From a virus (taxonomy: Duplodnaviria > Heunggongvirae > Uroviricota > Caudoviricetes): DNA of 19,866 nucleotides. The notes below the pieces were generated by a model. It saw only the letters and a program-made list of their open reading frames with translations, did no database searches and was not told the DNA's origin. A program made the translations under genes and the position numbers. This document shows positions 9,385-18,494 of the stretch, piece after piece; within the stretch, counting starts at the first letter, position 1, and each line of letters begins with the position of its first letter. The stretch is from positions 1 through 19,866 of the IMG/VR virus record IMGVR_UViG_2579778613_000002; one strand, given 5' to 3'.

Positions 9385-9885
9385 TTATTCGCCCCCGTTA
9401 TCGCAAGGTTCCTTCCGGTGGAAGTAATTCCAACCATTCCACTTCGCCAACTGGTTACCGCTACCAACAGGCATACGGTTTGGATAACCGGACTTACATT
9501 TAGCGGCTTTTGCTCTGTCCATTGCAGACAGTTTGACGAGTCGCTCTTTCCCGTATCTGGCAGTGGTTATAAGTTTTGCTGGCGCTTCCAGCGCATAATC
9601 TGGAGCAATGCGGCAGGCAAGGTTGAAAATGACGGCATTGATAGCGTTATTTGATAAACCGTGCTCATCGCCCGGTTCTGGAGCGACATCTGCATCAGCG
9701 AAAATGTAGCCAACGTTGATACCAGGTGACACATCACCGCCAAGCCATTCAGCCATCATCATTTCAAGGTCGTTGACGCCGTCTTCCATAGACTGCGGTT
9801 CTACATCGGTTAACGTGGCATTTGATGCCACACCGAGCTTACGTAATGCCGCAAGAACTAAATCACCCTTCGTTGTCAGGTTCAT
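9385..9885 (-). CDS. gp4: Tail adaptor / head completion protein, P22 gp4 homolog (166 aa)
   Basis: The ORF-track ORF (9385-9966) has a spurious N-terminal extension. Homology to P22 gp4 ([33 protein letters not shown]...) begins at the internal Met, [33 protein letters not shown], giving 166 aa as in P22. Confidence 0.8.
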   Translation of the reverse strand: MNLTTKGDLVLAALRKLGVASNATLTDVEPQSMEDGVNDLEMMMAEWLGGDVSPGINVGYIFADADVAPEPGDEHGLSNNAINAVIFNLACRIAPDYALEAPAKLITTARYGKERLVKLSAMDRAKAAKCKSGYPNRMPVGSGNQLAKWNGWNYFHRKEPCDNGGE

Positions 9886-10105
9886 CTGCTGCCGCCTTAG
9901 GTTTTCGACCAGGCTTTTTACGCTGTTTTTCTTCTTGCTCTGGCTCTGGCTCTGACTCTGCAACATCCTTCAGAAGATCATCAGGATGTGCAAACCAGCC
10001 AGCATCCAGATATTCCTGAAGCTCTTCGGCTTTCACGATTTCAAAGTCGTATCCAACGCCTTTCCACTTCTTCATGTTGCCATGGCGAAAGATCATGTGT
10101 GTCAT
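9863..10105 (-). CDS. Small protein with acidic Pro/Glu-rich and basic C-terminal tail (about 80 aa); function unknown
   Basis: ORF-track ORF 9863-10153. Preferred start is the ATG at 10105 ([16 protein letters not shown]...) because SD GGAGA lies 5 nt upstream; alternative starts at 10096 or 10075. Contains an in-frame (GCTCTG)x3 repeat at 9937-9960 encoding EPEPEP. Overlaps the gp4 start by about 23 nt. Confidence 0.45.
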   Translation of the reverse strand: MTHMIFRHGNMKKWKGVGYDFEIVKAEELQEYLDAGWFAHPDDLLKDVAESEPEPEQEEKQRKKPGRKPKAAADEPDNEG

Positions 10106-10118
10106 GCTTGTCTCCAGA

Positions 10119-10141
10119 TAAAAAAGGGAGCCGAAGCTCCC
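10119..10141 (-). terminator. Rho-independent terminator/attenuator immediately after the coat gene
   Basis: Minus strand reads GGGAGC-UUCG-GCUCCC followed by UUUUUUAU (stem 10126-10131 / 10136-10141). It lies 9 nt downstream of the coat stop codon, inside the late operon. Confidence 0.7.
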
Positions 10142-10149
10142 TCTGGTTA

Positions 10150-11445
10150 TCACGCGGTCTGGTTAGGCAGACCAACACCAATTGCCTCTGGTCGTACAGC
10201 ACATGCTGAATACCACACAGCAATACGGCACTTACCAGACAGAGTGTTGATATCACCCTGCGTTGCGAAGATGCCGTTAACACCAATACCAGGAATGCTG
10301 AAGGAAGACGTTTTCATGCCAGCAAACAGTTCATGGGTTACCGGGATCGGCTGAGACAGCAGACGGATTGAGTCATCAGCCCAGAACACGTTAGCGGTGG
10401 TTGTTGCCACGTTCAGAACGTTTACCGGAGTGGTATCAGCAAGAGAGGTGTTTACGTTAGCGTAAGCCTTCTCTTCTTTTGTCAGTGACGCGTCATCCAG
10501 TGCAATCGGCTTCGGCGTGATTTCGATGTGAGTACCATCGATCACACGGGTGATTGAGAAAGTCGCATCATCAGTCAGCACGTTCTTCGCCATCTGAGAC
10601 AGGAATTTCACACCAGTGAAGCTGATTTTGTCGCCGCGCTTAAATCCGGTGGTGGAGGATACGGTCACCGTTGCAACACGGTTGTCGACGTTCTCTTTGT
10701 TACCATCGGTATCAAGGGTGTATGCCTGCGGCTTAAACTTCTGCGCTCCAGACACAGTTACACCAGTAGCGGTTGACTTGGTAACTGCCGGAAGTTTCGG
10801 TGAGCGAAGAATTTCATCAAAGCCAGCAATCTGACGCTGAATAGTACCGTTGCGATACGCTTCTTCAGGAACGCGCCCAAAGATGTCACCATCTACCAGG
10901 TTGCGGCCTGCTTTGCGGTAATCGTCAGGGTTCAGGAAGTAACTGATGCCCATATCGCGGTTTAGCTCACGGGAGAACATCAGGCGCTCTGCATCAGACA
11001 CAAAATCCCAGCCAGACAGGCCAGTAGATGGACCAATTGCGCGGGTATCGTGAACAACAAGTGAGCCCATTTCGGTTGCCTGTTTGGCAATCGCTGACTC
11101 AATGTTATTCGCCAGTTTTTTGGCGGATGCCTGGATGCGGCGACGGTAAGAACGCTCATCACGCAGGTCATCTGCACGAAGCTCGAAGAAATCGTTATCC
11201 GGATCGCCCATGTTGCACTTCACGGAGAGTTCCAGAATCCCGGTTGCGTTGCCAGTTAAATCCCAGCCAGTCTGGGTTGGCGCTTCCTGCTCAACAGGCA
11301 TCCACACGGTGTTGCTTGAACGCTGCATGGATTCTGCCGGAGGGGTGTATTTTGTCACTTTGGACGCCATTGGCGTCAGGTTCTGGACGGTTTCGATGAT
11401 TTCATCGATAGCGTAAGTAACTAACTGCCCTTCTTTGAGAGTCAT
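10150..11445 (-). CDS. gp5: Major coat protein, P22 gp5 homolog (431 aa)
   Basis: ORF-track ORF. Sequence (...[22 protein letters not shown]...[10 protein letters not shown]...CRIAVWY...[14 protein letters not shown]) closely matches P22 coat protein (430 aa) as recalled; downstream of scaffold. Confidence 0.9.
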   Translation of the reverse strand: MTLKEGQLVTYAIDEIIETVQNLTPMASKVTKYTPPAESMQRSSNTVWMPVEQEAPTQTGWDLTGNATGILELSVKCNMGDPDNDFFELRADDLRDERSYRRRIQASAKKLANNIESAIAKQATEMGSLVVHDTRAIGPSTGLSGWDFVSDAERLMFSRELNRDMGISYFLNPDDYRKAGRNLVDGDIFGRVPEEAYRNGTIQRQIAGFDEILRSPKLPAVTKSTATGVTVSGAQKFKPQAYTLDTDGNKENVDNRVATVTVSSTTGFKRGDKISFTGVKFLSQMAKNVLTDDATFSITRVIDGTHIEITPKPIALDDASLTKEEKAYANVNTSLADTTPVNVLNVATTTANVFWADDSIRLLSQPIPVTHELFAGMKTSSFSIPGIGVNGIFATQGDINTLSGKCRIAVWYSACAVRPEAIGVGLPNQTA

Positions 11446-11512
11446 ATATTGAATACCTTACTTTCTTTATGTGCTATACTATTGTTATATCAACATATAG
11501 CGCATTAGGGTT

Positions 11513-12034
11513 ATGAGCATGGAACTGAATGAATACTTCGAATACCGCGATGGCTCTTTGGTTTGGAAAGCCAGAAGCTCTGAATTTTTCAACAACAAAA
11601 AGAATCGCAACTATCACAACGTTTGGAATGCAAAACACGCTGGGAAAGTTGCTGGTCTTTTAGAAAGCAATGGATATATCCGCATAAGAATTAACGGCAT
11701 TAAGTGGCTAGCACACCGCATCGTATGGGTGATGTTTAACGGAGATATTCCAGAAGGCATGGAAATTGACCATATAAATGGGATTCGCCACGACAACAGA
11801 ATTGAAAATCTTCGTCTTGTGAAAAAATCAGCAAACCAAAGGAATAGAATCAAACTATCTAAAAATAACTCCAGCGGAATATCTGGAGTTTACTTTTGCA
11901 ACACGCGGAAAAGATGGATCGCTCATAAGCGACTGCTTAATGCAAGAGTGCAAAAAGTATGTTCTTCATTCGAAGAGGCGAAAGAAGTAATCAGAAAGTT
12001 TGACGAGGAAAACAACATCACGATATCGAAATAA
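11513..12034 (+). CDS. HNH homing-type endonuclease (NUMOD4-like N-terminus, HNH motif, AP2-like DNA-binding domain), inserted between scaffold and coat genes
   Basis: ORF-track ORF, antisense to the late operon. HNH motif EIDHINGIRHDNRIENLRLV; N-terminal YRDGSLVWK and downstream GISGVYF...KRWIAHK fit the NUMOD4/HNH_3/AP2 architecture of phage homing endonucleases. Start is more likely the second ATG at 11519, which has AGGG 8 nt upstream. Extended -10 TGcTATACT at 11472-11480. Its TAA stop (12032-12034) directly abuts the scaffold stop codon (12035-12037). Visibly AT-rich. Confidence 0.8.
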   Translation: MSMELNEYFEYRDGSLVWKARSSEFFNNKKNRNYHNVWNAKHAGKVAGLLESNGYIRIRINGIKWLAHRIVWVMFNGDIPEGMEIDHINGIRHDNRIENLRLVKKSANQRNRIKLSKNNSSGISGVYFCNTRKRWIAHKRLLNARVQKVCSSFEEAKEVIRKFDEENNITISK

Positions 12035-12946
12035 TTATCGAATTCCTTTATTCAGTTGCGCCTTAAGCTTGCGGTATGTCTCTACATCCCCTTTGTTTGC
12101 TGCCGCTTCCATCTGCTTTTCAATCGCAGATATATTTGCAGCAACAGCGTGTCCCTGAATGGGTTCATCAGGTAACGGGGCTTCTGAAACAGGCTTGGCT
12201 CGAGGCTTGAGAGTTAAACGTTCTGACAGTCGAGTGAGTTCAATCAGCGCGGATTGCCCGTCCATCGCCAGCAACTGGCGTGTTTTCTCAGGATTAGCAC
12301 CAAGGTGATACATGAGAGCGGCGGATTTCTCCGGGAAGAGGCGCATGATGTCGGCACCGACTGCTGGCGGCACCAGTTGCATGAATGCATCCTCTTTCTC
12401 CTGATAGTCAGGGATATTGAGCTTTTCCGCTGCGTCGTAGTGCTTACGGGCTGCCTCGACGTATTGCGCTGATTGCTGGGTGAACTCCTGAGTTTTTCGA
12501 CCCTGCTCGGCGACAGCCTGGCTTCGTGCATCCATAGCCTTGATCTGCCATTCACTGTTTGCCTGCTGGAAGGCAGCCAGTGCGCGGCTCTGGTCATAGT
12601 CGTACTTAGCCAGTGCGTCTTCGGAAAGATAATCGTTAGGGTCTGGTTGTTTTGGTAACTCAGGGCTCACCCGCAGGTGCTCCGGCAACTCTCCACGCTT
12701 AACTGCTTCCATCTGCTGCTCAAGCTCACGCTGGCGTTTGCGTTCGATGCGGCGACGGGCAAATTCAGCATTAGTTGCCGGGTCTTGTTTTGGTTTCTCA
12801 TCGTCTTTCAGGACAATCTCGAAGCCTTCTTCCTGACCTGCGTTGTCGTTGGCATTATCGACAACTAAGCCATCAGCAGATGCCGCTGCATGATTGCCGG
12901 GCAGGGTTAATTCTTCAGAAGCCTGAATGTCGGTGGTTTGGTCCAT
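12035..12946 (-). CDS. gp8: Scaffolding protein, P22 gp8 homolog (303 aa)
   Basis: ORF-track ORF. Same length as P22 gp8 and near-identical stretches (e.g. [12 protein letters not shown]..., ...[49 protein letters not shown]...). Confidence 0.85.
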   Translation of the reverse strand: MDQTTDIQASEELTLPGNHAAASADGLVVDNANDNAGQEEGFEIVLKDDEKPKQDPATNAEFARRRIERKRQRELEQQMEAVKRGELPEHLRVSPELPKQPDPNDYLSEDALAKYDYDQSRALAAFQQANSEWQIKAMDARSQAVAEQGRKTQEFTQQSAQYVEAARKHYDAAEKLNIPDYQEKEDAFMQLVPPAVGADIMRLFPEKSAALMYHLGANPEKTRQLLAMDGQSALIELTRLSERLTLKPRAKPVSEAPLPDEPIQGHAVAANISAIEKQMEAAANKGDVETYRKLKAQLNKGIR

Positions 12947-12959
12947 GATTAACTCTCTC

Positions 12960-15128
12960 TTATTGAGGTGTCTCGGCTACTCCGCCGGAGGGGATTTGAA
13001 CTTGACGCATAAGATTCGCGAAATCCATGCGTTGTGAATGAGTCTGGTCTGCATCTTTAAGAAGCAGCTCAGCGTTAGCACGAGCATCTTTGCTGCGCTG
13101 TTGCTGGAATTGACCTACGAGCTTGAGGTACTCACGCAGTTCTGCCTGCTTGTCGAGGTCCATATTGTTGAAGATTTCTGCAATCTTCGCGGCGTTGAGT
13201 TGGTTTTGAGCTTCAACCTTGGCGGCTTCAACCTGAATCTGCGCCTGTTGGTTCTCTGCCTTGAGCAATTCAGCCTGACCTTGCAGAAGGATACCCTGCG
13301 CCTGAATTTGCTCTGCTGATGGCTGCTGCGGCTGCTGTTGAGCCTGCTGTACCATCTCCATCTCTTCAGGTGTTTCTGGTTTCTTCAGCCCCATCATCAC
13401 CAGTTGCTTGTTCGCGTACTCTCGCATCATCTCGACGCCTTTACCGTCAAGCAGCGTGAAGTATTGCAGCATCAGCATCTGGAACTCTGGAGTACCTTGC
13501 GGAACCTTTGTTAGCAACTCCTGAATCTCTGCGCGATTCTGTTCCTTCATACTCTGGAAGGATGGTCCAACGTCTGTATAGCACTCATAGCGACCGCGAA
13601 TGTCGTTGAGTGTGACCACATTGCCGGACTGGTAATCGACAACTTGCGCATAGAGTTGAACGTCTTTCTCGCTTCCATCTTCAAGTGTCAGCGTTACATG
13701 ACGAGGAACGTCATAAATATCGTTGACCATTGAGGCATAAATCTCGCCATCACGTCGCATTGCGGTAGCCAGGTTATCCTGAAACACGTATGTCTCAAGA
13801 TCTGCCCGCATGTTCAGTTGATTGACGGTATCGAAAGCGACCTGAGAGTTTGCCGCCTGCGCATCCACGCCAAGACTAGCCACCTCTTTCACTGCGTTGG
13901 TGGCAGCCTCAAGCATGTAAGCGTTGGCTTGCGGCACTTCAGGGTTTTCCATGTAGGAGATTGGACCAATCGGCAGGTCGTTACCGTTTTCATCGGTCCT
14001 GTTCTGCAGATAGTACGGATAGTCATCATTTCCACCGTACATGTATTCGTAGCCTTCGATTTGCTCAGGGAAGAAGGTCGGTTTCTTCTTCGGTGAACGA
14101 GCAACAATATCGGCGTTGAACGACATGATCATGTTACGAAGGCGCTGACCGTCTTTCGTCAGCCTTACCACTCCTTCGTAGCACTCCTTGTCACCAGCGA
14201 ATGACCATTCGCCATACACTGGAACGATTGGAATATGCTCTCCGGCTATCTTCTCGCGGTCTTTCAGTATCTGCGTGCAGGTGATGATCGACTTATACAC
14301 ACGCCGACGCTTCACCTTGCGCTCTGCTACCTTAATGAATCCACGATTAGCCAGGTCGTCGATGACGTCTTTGATATCCTGCTGGTAATAGCTGACCGGC
14401 TCACCTGTCAGCGGGTCGCGGTAGATGAAGACCTTCTCCTTCTTCTCTTCTACCTCGTAATACTCAGCGACGTAGACGACATCATTCGACACCCACGGGA
14501 ATAGCCATGTATCGTTAGGATTCTGGAAAGATGGCAAGGTATCCGGGTCAATACCGTAATCCTCTGCGAACTCTTTCCAGCCATTGCGCGACAAGGCGTT
14601 AATCACCGTGCAATGCTTAGCGTCGCTCTTATCCATCTGCTTGCTGTTGGCGTCCCATATAACGTGTGAGCAAGCTTCATGGATTGGCAGGCGTCGGATT
14701 ACCTGATTGTTGCTTGTTGGGTCGTTGTCTTCGTACTGCGTGACCAGACGCCATGCACCAACGCCTGACTCTATCTGCTCACGAACGCCAACGTTAACGG
14801 CAATTTTTGCCGTATTATGGCGCATATCAGTACGATACATTCCCATCAACACATCGGCAGCATCAGGATTAGCACCGTCTTTTGGTCGGAAGAGAACGTC
14901 GATAGGGTTCCGGCGCATCTCTGCGACCAGTTTCCTGACCACCGGGCGAACAACATCGAATTGTCCGCGATATTGCAGGGTGGTGTAGTTTGATAGCCAG
15001 TCATCCCATTGGCTTATGCGACTGAAGTATAAATCGTTAGAAGCTTCTGTTCTCGCCTCGTCGGAAGACATCCAATCAACATCGAATGCTTGCAGTATCT
15101 TATTTAATCGCTCTGCGTTGTCAGTCAT
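12960..15128 (-). CDS. gp1: Portal protein, P22 gp1 homolog (722 aa)
   Basis: ORF-track ORF. Strong similarity to P22 portal as recalled (e.g. [56 protein letters not shown], and the C-terminal Gln-rich barrel region). Confidence 0.9.
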   Translation of the reverse strand: MTDNAERLNKILQAFDVDWMSSDEARTEASNDLYFSRISQWDDWLSNYTTLQYRGQFDVVRPVVRKLVAEMRRNPIDVLFRPKDGANPDAADVLMGMYRTDMRHNTAKIAVNVGVREQIESGVGAWRLVTQYEDNDPTSNNQVIRRLPIHEACSHVIWDANSKQMDKSDAKHCTVINALSRNGWKEFAEDYGIDPDTLPSFQNPNDTWLFPWVSNDVVYVAEYYEVEEKKEKVFIYRDPLTGEPVSYYQQDIKDVIDDLANRGFIKVAERKVKRRRVYKSIITCTQILKDREKIAGEHIPIVPVYGEWSFAGDKECYEGVVRLTKDGQRLRNMIMSFNADIVARSPKKKPTFFPEQIEGYEYMYGGNDDYPYYLQNRTDENGNDLPIGPISYMENPEVPQANAYMLEAATNAVKEVASLGVDAQAANSQVAFDTVNQLNMRADLETYVFQDNLATAMRRDGEIYASMVNDIYDVPRHVTLTLEDGSEKDVQLYAQVVDYQSGNVVTLNDIRGRYECYTDVGPSFQSMKEQNRAEIQELLTKVPQGTPEFQMLMLQYFTLLDGKGVEMMREYANKQLVMMGLKKPETPEEMEMVQQAQQQPQQPSAEQIQAQGILLQGQAELLKAENQQAQIQVEAAKVEAQNQLNAAKIAEIFNNMDLDKQAELREYLKLVGQFQQQRSKDARANAELLLKDADQTHSQRMDFANLMRQVQIPSGGVAETPQ

Positions 15129-15147
15129 AACTTTACCGTGATAAAAT
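15118..15147 (+). promoter_or_regulatory. Sigma70-type promoter for the antisense HNH endonuclease gene, overlapping the portal start
   Basis: -35 TTGTCA (15118-15123), 18-bp spacer, extended -10 TGaTAAAAT (15139-15147). Followed by SD AGGAG (15166-15170) 8 nt before the GTG start at 15179. Confidence 0.5.
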
Positions 15148-15178
15148 CAATGGGACAACTTCAACAGGAGATTCTATT

Positions 15179-15679
15179 GTGAGCCATCCATCTATAGAAG
15201 ATATAAGGAAAAATTTCACATACGATGCTGAAACCGGAATTTTGTACGCGGCTAATCGCACAAGGAGGACAGACCTTAACGGCAAGCCAGTTGGGTGCCA
15301 GCATGGAAACGGATACCTTGATGTAAGGCTTGGTAAAAAACTGTACTACGTGCACAGAATTTGTTTTGCGCACTACTATGGTTACTGGCCCGAAGCAGTA
15401 GATCACATAAACGGAAACCGTGCTGATAACCGCATCTGTAATCTTAGAGATGCCAATAAGCAGTTGAACGGACTAAACCGTGGCATGGATTGCGACAATT
15501 CAACTGGATACAAAGGAGTTTCCTATCGCAAGGACACAAATAACTACATGTGGCAATTTGTGGTAGAAGGCAAGAAATACACAAAAAGCGGATTCGCTAC
15601 AGCATTAGATGCATACAAGCATAAGGTAGCATTTATTAACGCTCTGAATTCCGCTGCCTCTGAATTTCTCAAGCCGTAA
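15179..15679 (+). CDS. HNH homing-type endonuclease (paralog of the 11513-12034 gene), inserted between TerL and portal genes
   Basis: ORF-track ORF with GTG start, antisense to the late operon. HNH motif AVDHINGNRADNRICNLR; same domain order as the other HNH gene (NUMOD4-like FTYDAETGILY, HNH, AP2-like GYKGVSYRK...MWQF). Ends 9 nt from the TerL stop codon. AT-rich. Confidence 0.8.
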   Translation: MSHPSIEDIRKNFTYDAETGILYAANRTRRTDLNGKPVGCQHGNGYLDVRLGKKLYYVHRICFAHYYGYWPEAVDHINGNRADNRICNLRDANKQLNGLNRGMDCDNSTGYKGVSYRKDTNNYMWQFVVEGKKYTKSGFATALDAYKHKVAFINALNSAASEFLKP

Positions 15680-15688
15680 CAACAGTAT

Positions 15689-17191
15689 CTATCTTGTTGA
15701 CCGTGCGATGGGCCTGATTGGGGCTGGTATCTTTTTCTCTTTTGGTTTTTTGATGTCGCGCATCATTTTTGCGAAGCGGCGCATCATGTATGCATAGCGA
15801 ACGGCGGATAGCACGTCGTCGTTAAGCTTGACGATTTTCCCGTTTTCATCGCGGTGATAGAGGCGGAACTCCTCAAAGAATGGCTCACAGGTGTTGAATA
15901 CTTTGAAGCGACCATCAAGCATCATGTCGCGCAATTCAGTGATTCCAGGCTCCACCGCGTTACCGCCATCAGGCCATGTCGCATGCTCCTGCAACATCAT
16001 AAAACCAGCATCTGCATACTGCCCTTTGAGCTGCTCACCGCCGCCCTTCTCGTGCTGGTTTCCGTCATGAGGCCATGCTGTTGGCACTTTATGCGCCCAT
16101 GATTTAACAGCTCCCCATGCCTGAACGGCTGTTTTTTCTTTCGCCTTCCACACGCGTGAAACGTAGATTGTGTCTGCGTCCTTATCCCACCAAAGCTGAA
16201 CCTGCGCCTGTGGGTGATCCCATCCGAAATCCATCCCGCCAATTACGTAGAAGTGATCAGGACACTCGAACGGCTGACACTTAATCGTCTCTTCCGGTAT
16301 CTGGAATATTCGCCCGCTACCCATCGTAGGAATACCGCGAGCACGCGCCTCTCTCTCATGCTCAGGATAGGATGCGATGATTTGCTCTTTCTGCTCGTCG
16401 GTGTAGTGCTCAGCGTCATAGATGGTCATGTTGACCACTTTCTGAGACTTGCTGGGATTCTTCAGGAACTTGGTAACAACGTCAGACATCCCCATCAGCG
16501 GGGTAAACGTCAGAATTGAGAATTGCCCGTATTTGTTGGTACGGGTAAGACCTTCGCCATAAATGCTGTATGGTGGCTCTTCGTCAAACCACACGCCGTG
16601 GATTGTGTCACCCTGCCAGCGAGCACGGCCTTGCGAGTATGGCTTGAAGTAGCAGATTGAAATGCCATCTTCAACGCCATCAGCCGTGTGATGCTTAACC
16701 AGAAGATGATCAACAAGGTTCGGAAAGAAAGGAGACTTCTTCCAGCTAATGATGTCTTCTTTAGGTATGGAACCGTAGCCTGGCTCATCATTCTCTTCGA
16801 TACGACCACACAGGATGCGTTGAGTCGTTTTGGTTACAGTCTCGTTTGTCTCGCCGCCAATCCAGAAGACAACAGGCTCATAGAAACGCTTACCTTTCCA
16901 CTCCCCACCATATTTACCATCAGCCGGATAGCCTTTTGTTCCCGGATAACGCCCGGTAAGGTGAAACGCGACTTCAGCAGCACCAGTAAATGACTTACCA
17001 AGCTGGTTACCAGCCATAAAACAGCGCTCTGGATAGTCATGCCCGGCGTCGATGAACTCACGCTGTTTGCTGTATGGCGTAAATTCATATAGCAGGTGTG
17101 TGTTCCGGTAGTTCTCTTCTTCTTCGAGTAGCTCGAGCAATTCTATTTGCTCTTCGTCGCTCAGGTTATCAAGAATCGCGTCCAGTTCCAC
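15689..17191 (-). CDS. gp2: Terminase large subunit, P22 gp2 homolog (500 aa)
   Basis: ORF-track ORF. N-terminus [70 protein letters not shown]... matches P22 TerL as recalled, with a Walker A-like GNQLGKS. Start overlaps the TerS 3' end. Confidence 0.9.
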   Translation of the reverse strand: MELDAILDNLSDEEQIELLELLEEEENYRNTHLLYEFTPYSKQREFIDAGHDYPERCFMAGNQLGKSFTGAAEVAFHLTGRYPGTKGYPADGKYGGEWKGKRFYEPVVFWIGGETNETVTKTTQRILCGRIEENDEPGYGSIPKEDIISWKKSPFFPNLVDHLLVKHHTADGVEDGISICYFKPYSQGRARWQGDTIHGVWFDEEPPYSIYGEGLTRTNKYGQFSILTFTPLMGMSDVVTKFLKNPSKSQKVVNMTIYDAEHYTDEQKEQIIASYPEHEREARARGIPTMGSGRIFQIPEETIKCQPFECPDHFYVIGGMDFGWDHPQAQVQLWWDKDADTIYVSRVWKAKEKTAVQAWGAVKSWAHKVPTAWPHDGNQHEKGGGEQLKGQYADAGFMMLQEHATWPDGGNAVEPGITELRDMMLDGRFKVFNTCEPFFEEFRLYHRDENGKIVKLNDDVLSAVRYAYMMRRFAKMMRDIKKPKEKKIPAPIRPIARSTR

Positions 17192-17663
17192 GGTTGAATA
17201 GCTCCTTGATACGAGAGCGTCGCTTATCGCGATCTCCCTTATCAGGTGTCACGTCTTCAACTTGCGACTGCTCTTTGAGGCCCAAATCACGGGCGATAAT
17301 GTTAGCGTTGAGAAGGTCAGCGGCTGCGCCAGAGAATTTCTGGTCGTAGATGACCTGCTCTGCTCGCGTAACGACTTCAGATAAATCTTCTCGCAGGCGA
17401 TATGTGCGCCATGTTTCAAGAGTCACATCAATGAACAGAGTGAGGCCGGTAATGGTCATCGCTCGCATCTTGGCGATAGGCTCTTGTATCACTTCACCCT
17501 GATACGAGAACGCCTTCATCTCCCATAGCGGGTTAGCTTCTACCCACTCGAAGTATTCACAACAAGCAGCCCACAGCGCCTCAGGCGATTCGAATTTAGG
17601 ATTTCGCCCATGACTACTGCGGGCCTCCCAAAATCGGTTGCCCTTTGGTGCTGCCATATTCAT
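17169..17663 (-). CDS. gp3: Terminase small subunit, P22 gp3 homolog (162-164 aa)
   Basis: ORF-track ORF. Sequence (M)[51 protein letters not shown]... matches P22 gp3 as recalled. The start may be the ATG at 17657 rather than 17663. Confidence 0.85.
   Translation of the reverse strand: MNMAAPKGNRFWEARSSHGRNPKFESPEALWAACCEYFEWVEANPLWEMKAFSYQGEVIQEPIAKMRAMTITGLTLFIDVTLETWRTYRLREDLSEVVTRAEQVIYDQKFSGAAADLLNANIIARDLGLKEQSQVEDVTPDKGDRDKRRSRIKELFNRGTGRDS
17369..17390 (-). other. pac: pac site (headful packaging initiation sequence) within the TerS gene
   Basis: Minus strand reads GAAGATTTATCTGAAGTCGTTA, encoding EDLSEVV of TerS. This matches the 22-bp P22 pac sequence as I recall it, at the expected place inside gene 3. 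Confidence 0.5.
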
Positions 17664-17692
17664 CTCACTTATTTGTTATTTCAGGTTGAGCA

Positions 17693-17935
17693 TCATGCTC
17701 CGGTAGTGAACAGGTCTAACGCTTCCTTCGATTTACGCACCGCTTCGATAGTGCGGGTCGTGATATCTGAATTAGCGCCGCCTGACTGGAAGTGAATTTT
17801 GAATAGCTCAAGCTTCAGCTCGTCAGTGCCAATGAATTGAAATGCTTCTTCTGCGGCTGCGTTCTGGTTCATGACCAGTTTGTAAATCTCTAACTGGAAT
17901 TTCTGTTCTTCAGTCATGGGAATAATCTCTGCCAT
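17693..17935 (-). CDS. Hypothetical protein (80 aa) immediately upstream of TerS
   Basis: ORF-track ORF. SD GGAG about 6 nt upstream of the ATG at 17935. Predicted helical; no recognisable motif. Confidence 0.5.
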   Translation of the reverse strand: MAEIIPMTEEQKFQLEIYKLVMNQNAAAEEAFQFIGTDELKLELFKIHFQSGGANSDITTRTIEAVRKSKEALDLFTTGA

Positions 17936-17956
17936 TGTTGGCTCCGTTTATCCGTT

Positions 17957-17982
17957 AAAAGGGATATCAGTTAAGTTATCCC
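17957..17982 (-). terminator. Weak terminator- or attenuator-like hairpin between the gp49/gp66-like gene and the 80-aa ORF
   Basis: Inverted repeat GGGATA-N10-TATCCC (17961-17982), followed on the minus strand by UUUUAACGG. A second inverted repeat AAGCCATT-N20-AATGGCTT lies at 17994-18029. Confidence 0.3.
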
Positions 17983-18038
17983 GTGTAGGGTATAAGCCAT
18001 TATCAAAGCCACTCAGTAAGGAATGGCTTTTGTAATAA

Positions 18039-18410
18039 CTACTGTTCGCTTAGCTTCTGCTTCAGCAAGTAACCTTCGAACATCCAGATTTTGTTTACAG
18101 CATTCTGCCGGGCAATCTTCCGACCAATTTCTGCATCAAAATTTTCCGGACTTGCACAGGCACTCTCTCCGGTGACGGTGAAGCCGTTGCGCAGCACCAG
18201 GACGCAGAACGTCAGCAGAGAAAGTGATTCGTGCGGCTGGTAGTTTACCTCTCCGCCAGTATGTTTCGCTTTTATGGCTTTGCCAAAGGCACCATCCTCT
18301 GCTGTGAAATATGCCTCCTGAGCAATAATTCCTTCGATATGGTCTGGCGTAACTCGCGGTGCCGTTTTGCCTTTCTCAACGATTTCTTTTTCGATTTGCT
18401 GGTCGTTCAT
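18039..18410 (-). CDS. Conserved phage protein of unknown function, possibly Gp49/Sf6-gp66 family (123 aa)
   Basis: ORF-track ORF 18039-18479. The annotated N-terminal extension starts at a TTG and overlaps the terminator at 18453-18477, so the ATG at 18410 (MNDQQIEKEIV...) is preferred. Motif ...LTFCVLVLRNGFTVTGESACASPENFDAEIGRKIARQNAVNKIWMFEGYLLKQ resembles a widespread prophage family; family name from memory only. Confidence 0.55.
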   Translation of the reverse strand: MNDQQIEKEIVEKGKTAPRVTPDHIEGIIAQEAYFTAEDGAFGKAIKAKHTGGEVNYQPHESLSLLTFCVLVLRNGFTVTGESACASPENFDAEIGRKIARQNAVNKIWMFEGYLLKQKLSEQ

Positions 18411-18452
18411 AATTATGACCTTGTTGGTTGTTAAAGATGTTTTTGTGGTGGC

Positions 18453-18477
18453 AATAAAAAAGGCCGCCTGAGCGACC
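18453..18477 (-). terminator. Rho-independent terminator downstream of the AT-rich 80-aa ORF
   Basis: Minus strand reads GGUCGC-UCAG-GCGGCC (one G-U pair) followed by UUUUUUAUU (complement of 18453-18461). Confidence 0.6.
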
Positions 18478-18494
18478 AATTTAATAATTAATTA

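Noticed and set aside
9937-9960. Hexanucleotide tandem repeat (GCTCTG)x3 plus ACTCTG
   Set aside because: Only about four units and frame-preserving, so it cannot cause phase variation by frameshift. Noted as a possible length-polymorphic EP repeat, not a stand-alone repeat element or CRISPR array.
9885-9966. N-terminal 27-codon extension of the gp4 ORF ([13 protein letters not shown]...)
   Set aside because: Homology to P22 gp4 starts at the internal Met (9885). The extension is the out-of-frame reading of the (GCTCTG) repeat and overlaps the upstream ORF.
9370-11416. ORFs 9370-9654 (+), 9716-10019 (+), 9986-10354 (+), 10041-10286 (-), 10616-10834 (+), 10980-11177 (-) and 11028-11416 (+)
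   Set aside because: Shadow ORFs overlapping the gp4, small acidic ORF and coat genes. Coat and gp4 identities are strong, so these are rejected.
11614-15406. ORFs 11614-11853 (-), 12244-12868 (both strands), 13038-14988 (both strands) and 15161-15406 (-)
   Set aside because: Embedded within the HNH, scaffold or portal genes in the wrong frame or strand; no RBS or motif support.
15854-17349. ORFs inside TerL on either strand (15854-16102, 15997-16242, 16214-16519, 16510-16809, 16688-16993, 16834-17088, 17098-17349)
   Set aside because: Overlap the strongly supported terminase large subunit gene; spurious.
18411-18479. N-terminal extension of the gp49/gp66-like ORF starting at TTG 18479
   Set aside because: The extension is the literal read-through of the terminator hairpin and U run at 18453-18477 (encoding ...AAFFIA...). 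The ATG at 18410 is preferred.
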